DNA from: an archaeon | Lineage (GTDB): Archaea > EX4484-52 > B79-G9 | Direction of reading: 5' to 3' | DNA: 24,039 nt | Assembly: GCA_030594585.1 (NCBI GenBank) | Contig: JAUVEX010000001.1 | Span: 1-24,039 of the forward strand | Part shown: positions 1 through 8,192 of the stretch, one piece after another | Position numbering within the stretch: position 1 is the stretch's first letter | Layout: every line of letters begins with the position of its first letter | The notes under the pieces: generated by a model | Database searches by the model: none | Seen by the model: the letters and a program-made list of their open reading frames with translations, nothing else | What the model was told of the DNA's origin: nothing | Position numbers and translations under genes: made by a program

Positions 1-2
1 TA

Positions 3-797
3 TATTGGGAAGACAACAATGCTCTTGCCGGATATATCTTCAGCTTTGACAATGGCAATGGTACATTATACAACGACTCTTATGTTGAGATGACAGGCAC
101 CGGCAACTGGTCAAATGTGACAAAGAGCGTCAACTCAACAGCAGATTCAATCATTCGCTGGCGCGTCTATGCAAATGATACCGCCGGCAACATGAATGCA
201 TCTCTCATTTATAGTTTCAATACGACAAGCACAAACATTAACATAAATATCCATGAGGCAGACAACTCAACAGATAAGGCATGGTCTATCCTAAATATCC
301 CGCTTGATTTCAATTATTACTGCTATGCCGGGATGGGTGGCTGTGAGGACACTTATGCTTCGGATAGTGATGGAAGTACTGCAAATTTTACAATAGATAA
401 TATTGGCGATACGGTTGATGTGCTTGCTTATGTTACCTCGGATTTTAACAGTTCTACATTTATGATATGCTCAAGCACAGACGATGACAATGACGGCGAT
501 GATGCTGCCTGCAAAGACTCTCCTGCAACAGGGCAGAATGGTGCTGATAACCTGCAGATATACATAAATGTAAGCGGCTCGTGGGGGTGGTATAATGTTT
601 CTAATTCAAACAGGGATGGGTCATCTTATGCCCTTGCTGTTGACTGCGATGTTCCAACAGATACGAATGCAACAGGCATTGACTTTCAGGTACGCGCGCC
701 GTATGGCACGCAGGGCAGTTACGGCACTACAATAACTTTTGTGGCATATCACAATATATGCAGTGATGGAGAGGAAGGAACTTATTATACTCCATAG
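3..797 (+). CDS. C-terminal part of a large surface glycoprotein (5'-truncated by the window edge), ending in a subunit-like beta domain
   Basis: The frame is open from base 3 (YWEDNNALAGYIFSFDNGNGTLYNDSYVEMTGTGNWSNVTK...IRWRVYANDTAGNMN) to TAG at 795-797, so ATG90 is internal. Many N-x-S/T sequons. The Ig-like 'GYIFSxDNG...WxVYANDTxGN' repeat is typical of DPANN surface proteins. The last ~185 aa are paralogous to ORF 2228-2929. Confidence 0.85.
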   Translation, partial: YWEDNNALAGYIFSFDNGNGTLYNDSYVEMTGTGNWSNVTKSVNSTADSIIRWRVYANDTAGNMNASLIYSFNTTSTNININIHEADNSTDKAWSILNIPLDFNYYCYAGMGGCEDTYASDSDGSTANFTIDNIGDTVDVLAYVTSDFNSSTFMICSSTDDDNDGDDAACKDSPATGQNGADNLQIYINVSGSWGWYNVSNSNRDGSSYALAVDCDVPTDTNATGIDFQVRAPYGTQGSYGTTITFVAYHNICSDGEEGTYYTP

Positions 798-806
798 GTG
801 TTTTGC

Positions 807-2225
807 ATGATGAAAAAACCTTTTGTTCTGTTAATCGCCCTTGCATGGGTTTTTCTTAGCTTTGCGTGCAGTGCTTCGGCAATGGGGGTTTCGCCTGCAT
901 TTTTTGATACAGGATTTCTTGAGATGAACGGAATATACGAATATTATACCTATCTGAACAATGAAGATAATATCGCCTACAATATAACGCTTTTAACAAC
1001 ACCAAGAGCAGAGTATCTTACATCATGCACTGCTTTTGTTCCGGAGCAGTTTGAGATAAAACCCGGCGAAATAAAGGAGATAAAAATCCTGTTAAATACC
1101 GGTTCCTGTGAGTTGACTCCCGGGAACCACCAGCTTATAATCCTACCTGAAATTGCGGCAAAAACAGATGCGGGCGTTAAAACAGTTTCTGTGCCTTCAA
1201 TAAGTGTGCAATTTTTAATTGAAGGTGCGGTAAATCCACTGCTTTTGCTTGAAGATTTTGAAATGCCTGCGAAGCTTGAAGCAGGCGAGGAATTTCATTT
1301 CTCATTAACTGCGAAAAACACAGGCAATGTGCGCGTTGGCGCAATCCCGTTTGTTGATATAAAAAAGCACGGGGTTGTCATACACACCGCAAGAGGCACA
1401 ACAGAGGCACTTGTAGAACCCGGCACAACAAGAGAGTTTGAGTTTTCGCACAATTATCCTATTGTTGCCGGTGATTATGTTGCAAGCGCTTATGTACGAT
1501 ATTTTGACGGGCAGGTTACCAATACGAAGGATGTTTCATTTACCGTGGTTCAAGGCAGCATTCCAGAGGATGCAAAAAATGAGGATGGCGGCAACACACC
1601 AAGCACTCCCGGATTTTTTGAGACCATAAACATTGGAGATGAGGACGATGTATTTACGGGAGAACAAGATGCGTCGCCTGAAAATTATATGGGTGATGAT
1701 GCTGGGATAGTCATAGTTGACCTTGAAGCATACATTGTTGCGCAGAGTGTTTCTGTGTCGCTTAGTTTTGAAAATAAGGATGATTCTGATTTAGATTATA
1801 GCCTTAGGGTGGCAATTTTTGACAGCAATGGCCGTATTGTGACAGACGCAAAAGAGGACAGCACTGTTCGCGCGCTTGAACTTAAGAAAGTAAATAAAGT
1901 GCTTTTTGCCGGTTCGGACAAAACATATGCTGTTGATGTGAATATAACTTATAGCGCGGGCGGAATTGAAAAGACAGTCCAAAGGAGAGTTATTGCAGAA
2001 GTGTATTCAAGTCCTACAGGAATGTTTGCTTACGGAAGTTCAACAGGAATTTTTGCTGTTGTTTTGATACTTGTTTTCCTGTATCTTTTCAACAACAGAA
2101 AATCGCTTTCATGCAGTGGAAAAAAGCCCTTAGACGCTGTTTTAAATAAATACAGCGATATAGAGAGAAATATAAGTGTTGCAGAAGACAGCATACACCG
2201 GCTGAAGAAAAAAATCAGGCGCTAA
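807..2225 (+). CDS. Membrane-anchored DUF916/PapD-like multi-Ig-domain surface protein
   Basis: AGGTG RBS at 796-800, ATG at 807/810. Signal peptide ends ASA-MGVSP. It has a 'KNTGNVRVGAIP' motif, an acidic linker, a C-terminal TM helix (IFAVVLILVFLYLF) and a basic coiled-coil tail. The family call is by motif resemblance only. Confidence 0.7.
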   Translation: MMKKPFVLLIALAWVFLSFACSASAMGVSPAFFDTGFLEMNGIYEYYTYLNNEDNIAYNITLLTTPRAEYLTSCTAFVPEQFEIKPGEIKEIKILLNTGSCELTPGNHQLIILPEIAAKTDAGVKTVSVPSISVQFLIEGAVNPLLLLEDFEMPAKLEAGEEFHFSLTAKNTGNVRVGAIPFVDIKKHGVVIHTARGTTEALVEPGTTREFEFSHNYPIVAGDYVASAYVRYFDGQVTNTKDVSFTVVQGSIPEDAKNEDGGNTPSTPGFFETINIGDEDDVFTGEQDASPENYMGDDAGIVIVDLEAYIVAQSVSVSLSFENKDDSDLDYSLRVAIFDSNGRIVTDAKEDSTVRALELKKVNKVLFAGSDKTYAVDVNITYSAGGIEKTVQRRVIAEVYSSPTGMFAYGSSTGIFAVVLILVFLYLFNNRKSLSCSGKKPLDAVLNKYSDIERNISVAEDSIHRLKKKIRR

Positions 2226-2227
2226 AG

Positions 2228-2929
2228 ATGGATGAAAAAAGAAAACTTCGCGAAACACAGCATGCAATTGCATTGTTTGTAGTATTATGCATGTTGCTTC
2301 TTTTTTTAAGCGGCACAGGATTTATTACATCCCCTTTAGGTTATGTTGTAAATACCACTATTTCTGTAACAATTGCTCCGGAACTCAATCATATTTTTTA
2401 CGAGGAAGAACTCATGAATCCTTCCAGGGATTATGTTTTCCAGATAGGGCCGATAACTACAGACGGGCTTTGGCATAGTTATAATAGCACTTACGGCGGG
2501 GTTTTTGCAGGATATGATATCGGGACTTATTCAGACAATAATACGAATCTTTTCAAGCTAAGGAATACAGGAACAAAAACCATTGATGTGATTATAGCAT
2601 CCTCTGATTTTGACAATGGCATGATAGGTGACGGAAACTATATTGATGTCAATCAATTCGGCGGCGATTTCCAGATATATATTCCAGGTACAGGATGGAG
2701 AAATGTTTCGGATAACAACAACAGGGATGAGGACGGGATCAAAAACAATGAAGAGCTTTGCATAGCCAATAATCTTGTTGTAGGTGCAGAGGTTAGCGGG
2801 TTTGATGTTCGGATACGGGCATGGCCGGGTACAAATCATGGTAATTATACGGCACATATAATGGTGTCTGTCTTTGAAAGCGACACAATTGATATCTGCA
2901 CAGGAGTTGGAGAATATGTTTTGCCTTAA
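2228..2929 (+). CDS. Secreted or N-anchored beta-sandwich subunit-like protein, paralog of the C-terminal domain of ORF 3-797
   Basis: N-terminal hydrophobic helix followed by TGFITSPLGYVV. Shares F-x3-N-x-G-x2-(I/V)DV, QIYI, GWxNVS-x-NxRD, GxDxxxRAxxGT-x-GxY and a terminal IC...GxY..P with ORF 3-797. Confidence 0.8.
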   Translation: MDEKRKLRETQHAIALFVVLCMLLLFLSGTGFITSPLGYVVNTTISVTIAPELNHIFYEEELMNPSRDYVFQIGPITTDGLWHSYNSTYGGVFAGYDIGTYSDNNTNLFKLRNTGTKTIDVIIASSDFDNGMIGDGNYIDVNQFGGDFQIYIPGTGWRNVSDNNNRDEDGIKNNEELCIANNLVVGAEVSGFDVRIRAWPGTNHGNYTAHIMVSVFESDTIDICTGVGEYVLP

Positions 2930-4262
2930 AAATACAAAAGCGGTATTTTTGAAGAATGCGGTGTTTTTTGCATTCTTTGTGTTGCTTTTGATTTTTGAAT
3001 CACAAAGCGTTTTTGGTTTGGGTGTAATTCCGTCATATATAGATGCCGGAGCAATTACGCAGGGTGATATGCATCTTTCTTCTTTTGAGGTCATCAACAG
3101 GTTTGACTATCCTGTGCCCTTAAACCTAACATTTGAGCTTACGCATTCATCTTCTTATCTGAAAGAAAATGTGATTTTCTTCCCATCAAGCGTTGTTTTA
3201 TATCCTCATAACAAATCAAAACTTTTTAATGTGCTTATCATGGACACAGAGCACCTGCCATTAGGCAACCATTTTCTTGTGTTTAGGCCGATTCCAATAA
3301 CTCTTGAAGATGCAGTGATGAATTCAAGCCAGAATATAACGACTGCATCGTATATTATGCAGACAAGCGCGTTTGCGCTTAATTTTGATATAGCCGCCAA
3401 GGGGGGCATAGTGGAAGAGGTTGGGGAGGATGTGCCGGCAAGCCCGTCAATGCCCAGCGATTCAATGATCGTGATTCAAACAATAGAAGAGGCGGCAAAA
3501 GATATTGCCATTATATACCCTTCGTTCTTTAAGGTTGCGCATGAGAACGAATCTGTTTCAATAACAGTAAAGAATGAAGGAAGTTTTAATTTTACCAATC
3601 TCACAATCCGTATAATTACTGAGCCGTTTTTTAATGTTGAATACAATAGCGTGATAGGTGCTCTTTTTTCAGGCGATGAGACAAAGGTAACTTTGAATAT
3701 GTCCGGGTTTTCAAGCACCTACCACTATGCGAAAATAGTTGTTTCTGACGGGGTGGATGAATGGGTGGAGGCAAGCATGATAGTGTATGTTCCTGACATA
3801 TCAAGAGCTGCGGTTTTACATGACTGCATTGTTTTTGAGCCGCAGAACATAAAAATAAAACCAAATACGGAAACTTCAATAAGACTTTCTGTTTCTAATA
3901 ATTGTGATATTGCGCTTAATAATGTCAATATGATTGTAAGCAACATAGCCACGAAAAACATAGGGGGCTTAAACCCAAAAAACACATCAATTGTTGAATT
4001 TTTAATTTCCCAAACTGAAAGCTATAAAGAATACCCAATTTCTTTTATTTATGATGAAGGCGCAAGTGCGGGCGTACTTCGCGTGTCTTTAGAAAGCGGG
4101 TTCTGGCAGATTGTTCTTATTTTATTTGCATTTATGCTGCTGATTGCCGGAGGGATTTATGCATACAAGCGCTTCCGAAAACGGAAGTCCGTTACTTCTA
4201 AGCTCAAGGATGTTAAATCCACTAAGCATACAAAAGGTTCTAGAAGATTCAAGCGGGTATAA
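2916..4262 (+). CDS. Membrane-anchored DUF916-like / CARDB-like multi-Ig-domain surface protein
   Basis: GGAG at 2909-2912, ATG at 2916 overlapping the upstream stop. Signal peptide ends VFG-LGVIP. The N-domain aligns with ORF 807 (YL..FxP...L..GNHxLxxxP). Has KNEG and SNNC Ig motifs, a C-terminal TM helix and a Lys/Arg-rich tail. Confidence 0.75.
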   Translation: MFCLKNTKAVFLKNAVFFAFFVLLLIFESQSVFGLGVIPSYIDAGAITQGDMHLSSFEVINRFDYPVPLNLTFELTHSSSYLKENVIFFPSSVVLYPHNKSKLFNVLIMDTEHLPLGNHFLVFRPIPITLEDAVMNSSQNITTASYIMQTSAFALNFDIAAKGGIVEEVGEDVPASPSMPSDSMIVIQTIEEAAKDIAIIYPSFFKVAHENESVSITVKNEGSFNFTNLTIRIITEPFFNVEYNSVIGALFSGDETKVTLNMSGFSSTYHYAKIVVSDGVDEWVEASMIVYVPDISRAAVLHDCIVFEPQNIKIKPNTETSIRLSVSNNCDIALNNVNMIVSNIATKNIGGLNPKNTSIVEFLISQTESYKEYPISFIYDEGASAGVLRVSLESGFWQIVLILFAFMLLIAGGIYAYKRFRKRKSVTSKLKDVKSTKHTKGSRRFKRV

Positions 4263-4280
4263 CAGCCACTCTTGAGCAGT

Positions 4281-4294
4281 ACAAAGTTTTATAT
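4281..4294 (+). promoter_or_regulatory. Putative BRE/TATA promoter of the transglutaminase-like gene
   Basis: ACAAAG-TTTTATAT about 34 nt upstream of ATG4328. Confidence 0.5.
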
Positions 4295-4302
4295 GTTTTA
4301 GT

Positions 4303-4315
4303 TAATTACTATTTA
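4303..4315. promoter_or_regulatory. Quasi-palindromic candidate operator TAATTACTATTTA (copy 1)
   Basis: Identical 13-mer at 5120-5132 and a 1-nt-insertion variant at 5040-5053. All three are intergenic. Confidence 0.45.
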
Positions 4316-4327
4316 TTAGTGGTACTT

Positions 4328-5029
4328 ATGAAACATACAACATTTTTTTTGACAGGAATTATGTTATTTCTTGTTGGCGTTTCCGGATACGCGTCTGGTG
4401 TTTTTCATCTTACATCTGGTGGTTCTTCGGGCGAAAATAGCATAACTGCAAATTTAATTCTCTCACGCGAAAATCATAATTATATTGATTTTTGGCACGA
4501 AAACAAGAATCAAATTGCGCGCATTTTCAATCCATTTATAGAGCAATTTAATAATTCCGGCTGCATTGATCATATTCATCTAAGGGCGCTTATAACCACA
4601 GACGGGGTTGTGCGCAGGAAAGCATTTGAACTTGCGAGCGTGGGCGCGGATGATATTGGGGTTGCGTATGCATTACATTCGTTTGTATTTAACGAAATCA
4701 GTTATGTGCCTGTTGATTTAGAATTTGACGCTGTTGAGACCATGATTAATAAAAAGGGCGACTGCACGGAGAAATCAGTTCTTCTTTTAAGCCTTCTTAA
4801 AGCAAGAGGAATAGAGGCGTATGTTATAGATGGAAATGCCCACAGGTATGTTTTTGCGAAACTTGACGGGGTGTGGATACCTATTGACACCACAGCAAAA
4901 GATTTTTATTTTGTTTACAAATCATGGGGTGATGAGAAACTTCGAAGCCCTTATGTTCCTGTTATGCAGGCATTCATCTTTGATGAAAATAAGGTTTTGT
5001 TCAACAAAGACTGGTGCTCAAATGCCTAG
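4328..5029 (+). CDS. Exported transglutaminase-like cysteine protease
   Basis: N-terminal signal or anchor helix. KKGDCTEKSVLLLSLLKARGI (Cys at 4763), GNAHRY (His at 4841) and WIPIDTT (Asp at 4886) match the transglutaminase-like Cys-His-Asp triad. Confidence 0.85.
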   Translation: MKHTTFFLTGIMLFLVGVSGYASGVFHLTSGGSSGENSITANLILSRENHNYIDFWHENKNQIARIFNPFIEQFNNSGCIDHIHLRALITTDGVVRRKAFELASVGADDIGVAYALHSFVFNEISYVPVDLEFDAVETMINKKGDCTEKSVLLLSLLKARGIEAYVIDGNAHRYVFAKLDGVWIPIDTTAKDFYFVYKSWGDEKLRSPYVPVMQAFIFDENKVLFNKDWCSNA

Positions 5030-5039
5030 TTTTTCTAAA

Positions 5040-5132
5040 TAATTAACTATTTATTGTGATATTTTCTTTATTTTTATGCTCTTTAGGTATTGTTTTCATA
5101 TGTTAATATATCAATTATATAATTACTATTTA
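5040..5132. promoter_or_regulatory. Two further copies of the candidate operator (5040-5053, 5120-5132) upstream of the wHTH gene
   Basis: TAATTAACTATTTA and TAATTACTATTTA in the 170-bp AT-rich intergenic region. Confidence 0.45.
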
Positions 5133-5163
5133 GTATCGTATAACTATAGATTATGTTAAATAT

Positions 5164-5181
5164 AGAAACATATATAAACCA
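5164..5181 (+). promoter_or_regulatory. BRE/TATA promoter (AGAAACA-TATATAAA-CCA) of the wHTH gene
   Basis: TATATAAA at 5171-5178 ends 24 nt before ATG5202, consistent with a near-leaderless archaeal transcript. Confidence 0.65.
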
Positions 5182-5201
5182 GACCACACCAATAAAAAGT
5201 C

Positions 5202-5447
5202 ATGCCCGGAAAAAACGGAATTTCTATTGGAAAAGCTGATAAGGTTGTTTTAAGACTTCTTGAAAAATCAGGAAGAGCACTTTCTACTTACGAGATTGCA
5301 AAAGCGCTTAAACTTTCATGGGCTACGGTCAACACCCATTGCTATAAGCTTATGTCCTTTGGAGTTATTTCCGGCAGGAATGAGGAAGTAAAAATAGGCA
5401 TGAAACGCATTGTCTGGGAGCTTAGCGGCAGCCCTGCAGGTGTTTAA
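5202..5447 (+). CDS. Small winged helix-turn-helix transcriptional regulator
   Basis: 81 aa. VLRLLEK...LSTYEIAKALKLSWATVNTHCYKLMSFGVI is a classic wHTH pattern followed by a beta-hairpin wing. Confidence 0.85.
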   Translation: MPGKNGISIGKADKVVLRLLEKSGRALSTYEIAKALKLSWATVNTHCYKLMSFGVISGRNEEVKIGMKRIVWELSGSPAGV

Positions 5448-5464
5448 AAATCAGTGTGATTAAG

Positions 5465-8026
5465 ATGAACAAACGAGATGGTGTATGTGGAAAAGAACGG
5501 TTTGAATTATTTGCTGTTTTAGCAATGATTTTTTTCTTTGGTTTTGCGGGCAATGCATATGCTGTTGAATTAACCAATGTTTCTGTAAATCCTTCCACTG
5601 CATGGATCAATCCATCAACAGGGGAATCGGTCATAGATTTGTATGCCGAATGTGTTTCAAACAGCACGGCAAATGTCACGGCGGTTATTTCCGGCGCTTC
5701 TGTTGATTCTTTAGATATGGTACGCAAGGACAATACAAGCATGTATACAGGAACACATGTTCTAAACAATTTCGGTGAGTACAATGCCACAATTACATGC
5801 GAGTATGCGAATGAGACAGATACAGCTACTGTGCCTTTTTCTGTTAACTTACTTATGATGGACATTCTTTCAATATCTGAAACAGAGGCATACGCCGGAA
5901 ACATATCCATCATAACGGCAGAAGTTCTGTTGAATGGCGAGCCTTTGGCAGACGGCGCTAACTTTAGTGTGTTACTGAAGGATTCTTCTAATATGTGGAA
6001 CGTCGAGATGCAGGAAATATCTTTTGATGGCGGGGTGTATGAGCTTGTGTGGGCAATTCCTGCAGTTGGGCAGGGAGATTATGAGGTTGATGTGACTGTT
6101 GTGTTTGAAGGGAATTCGTTTACGGCACAGCCTGCACTTTCTCTTAAAATCAGGCCGCCTGTGGAATTGGAGATATTAAGCCCTTCTGTTGACACGATAT
6201 ATTCTTTGACAGGCACAAAAGAGGTTGAAATTGTTCTAAGGGCGAAGCACAACCCTTTTTTGATAGACACATTGCACCAATCAGACTTTTGCGTTGAACT
6301 TGGTGATAAGGAACTCCAGATTGACAATTTCACATTTGATAGTGCAACAGGCACATACAGTTTCTTTGTTGACTTGTATCGGACAGAGCCCGGGGAATAT
6401 GATTATGAGCTTTTTGCGTGCGTTGATCCTGATGGCTTTTCAAAACAGAGAAGCGATTCTTTTGTACCGGTAGAGTTTATGGTTGATTTTGAAGGCATTT
6501 TGCAGGATGCGAAAAAAAAGCCTGTATCAGAAGTTACGATAATTCTTGTAAAAACCAGCGGCTGTGCTACCTATGATGAGTGTGTTACAGACAGTTCCGG
6601 TTTCTGTTCTGTGACAATCCACCCCGGAACATACGACATTGAGATGGTTTTCAGTGACATTTCAGTTAAGCTGTATGGTGTCGAGCTTCCAGGCGAGGAT
6701 GATTCTTTTAACAGGATACAGGATATTGTAAGATATGACCGATCGGTCAATATGCAAATTGATGGCCTGAAAAAAATCATGAATTTTGTTGCATTTGATT
6801 TTATGCTTCCGTATGATGACGCAAAAGTAATTATGTCCGGCGCGGGTGTGGGGGATTCTCAAGTGTTTATGTGTTCTAAATGGAATTTCGCGGACAGTGT
6901 ATGTTCGGGCACATGGGAGCCTTTTGATTCGGGAATAAATTATTTTTCAAACAAGATAGAATTCGAAACTGACGAGCTTTTCGCATTTGCAATAGGGGCG
7001 CGAGATTCGCTTAAAATTGAGATGGACGAATACCAGAAGAAATATTTTTCTGGTGAGGATGTGAGCCTAAAGGGAATTGTTAAAGACAGCAATGGCAATA
7101 TGGTGGATGATGCGAGCATAATATATAGTTTTGGAGGGGATGAAGGAAGTACGCTTACAGAATCTGACGGCACTTTTAGGATAAAATTCAACGCTCCTGA
7201 AGCTAAAGGGATATTCGATGTGCGGATAAAAGCTGAAAAATCCCCTTACGATTCTGCAAAAAGCACAATCACTCTTGAAGCATATAAAAAAGAATCAATG
7301 GATTTGAATGTTCCTCAATCATTATCAGTCATTCCGGGCAATGAAGGCGCTATTGTGGCGGGAATAAAAAACACCGGGCAGACCACACTGGTGGATGTAA
7401 AACTAACTGTTTTAGGAGTATCTTCCGGATGGTATGCAATAAGCCCGCAAAATATAGATGATTTAAAGCCGGGAGAAGAAAAAGAGTTCACAATAACATT
7501 CCTTGTGCATTTAGATGATTGTGCGAATATAATTTGCAAACAAGAATATGCTTTGCAGGCCTCGGCGCAGTCCAGCAGCGGAGCTACAGCAAACGATGAA
7601 TTTGTGCTGTATCTTGATGGAGCCTTTGATTTTGCAGGCGGCCAGGAAACCACAGAAATAACTTCGGGATTTTCAGAAAATTTTGTATCGGGAATTGCTT
7701 CTGTTGGAAATTTACTTACAGGACAGGCAATTGGAGCGGAATTGCCGGGCGGTTACTTAATTATCCTTTTTTTAGTCGTTATCTTTGCCGCAAGGAAATT
7801 CTTGAAGATGCCAAAAAAACAAAACATGGTCGAAAAGCCGCATGTTTTGGACAAAGCACAGGCCGATGAGATAAAAGCAGAAGTTTTGAGGGGTGCAAAG
7901 AAATCAAATACAAGTGCAAATCCAAAAACCCACAAAGTAAGGAAAACCGGAAGAAAAGCAAATGAAGCGCGCCCACCCACCACAAAAAAAGACATTAAGA
8001 CAATTTTGTCAAACCCCTTTGATTGA
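5465..8026 (+). CDS. Large multi-Ig-domain membrane-anchored surface protein
   Basis: GTGAT RBS at 5456-5460, ATG at 5465. Signal peptide ends AYA. Ig-like, carboxypeptidase-regulatory-like and NEW3/CARDB-like (KNTGQTTL) segments, plus a CSKWNFADSVCSGTW motif. LLTGQAIG precedes the TM helix (YLIILFLVVIFAA) and a long Lys-rich cytoplasmic tail. Confidence 0.8.
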   Translation: MNKRDGVCGKERFELFAVLAMIFFFGFAGNAYAVELTNVSVNPSTAWINPSTGESVIDLYAECVSNSTANVTAVISGASVDSLDMVRKDNTSMYTGTHVLNNFGEYNATITCEYANETDTATVPFSVNLLMMDILSISETEAYAGNISIITAEVLLNGEPLADGANFSVLLKDSSNMWNVEMQEISFDGGVYELVWAIPAVGQGDYEVDVTVVFEGNSFTAQPALSLKIRPPVELEILSPSVDTIYSLTGTKEVEIVLRAKHNPFLIDTLHQSDFCVELGDKELQIDNFTFDSATGTYSFFVDLYRTEPGEYDYELFACVDPDGFSKQRSDSFVPVEFMVDFEGILQDAKKKPVSEVTIILVKTSGCATYDECVTDSSGFCSVTIHPGTYDIEMVFSDISVKLYGVELPGEDDSFNRIQDIVRYDRSVNMQIDGLKKIMNFVAFDFMLPYDDAKVIMSGAGVGDSQVFMCSKWNFADSVCSGTWEPFDSGINYFSNKIEFETDELFAFAIGARDSLKIEMDEYQKKYFSGEDVSLKGIVKDSNGNMVDDASIIYSFGGDEGSTLTESDGTFRIKFNAPEAKGIFDVRIKAEKSPYDSAKSTITLEAYKKESMDLNVPQSLSVIPGNEGAIVAGIKNTGQTTLVDVKLTVLGVSSGWYAISPQNIDDLKPGEEKEFTITFLVHLDDCANIICKQEYALQASAQSSSGATANDEFVLYLDGAFDFAGGQETTEITSGFSENFVSGIASVGNLLTGQAIGAELPGGYLIILFLVVIFAARKFLKMPKKQNMVEKPHVLDKAQADEIKAEVLRGAKKSNTSANPKTHKVRKTGRKANEARPPTTKKDIKTILSNPFD

Positions 8027-8085
8027 AGTATTCTTAAGCATTAGGCATTTTAAACAACAGAATTCCCAAAATGACGAGCCAAAAA

Positions 8086-8100
8086 CGAAAATTTTATATA
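8086..8100 (+). promoter_or_regulatory. Consensus BRE/TATA promoter (CGAAAA-TTTTATATA)
   Basis: Near-perfect archaeal core promoter about 93 nt upstream of ATG8193. GGGGAG RBS at 8182-8187. Confidence 0.7.
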
Positions 8101-8192
8101 CTACCGCTGCAAATAAACTATTAAGGGAATAAATTATATGCTTGGTCATAATGCGTTATGCGTTATCGGCTGAAAAATGGTGGGGAGATAAA

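Noticed and set aside
795-809. TAG stop followed immediately by the in-frame next ORF (possible readthrough, pyrrolysine or recoding)
   Set aside because: The downstream ORF has its own RBS, ATG and signal peptide, the paralog 2228-2929 ends at the equivalent position, and TAG is used as a normal stop elsewhere in the window.
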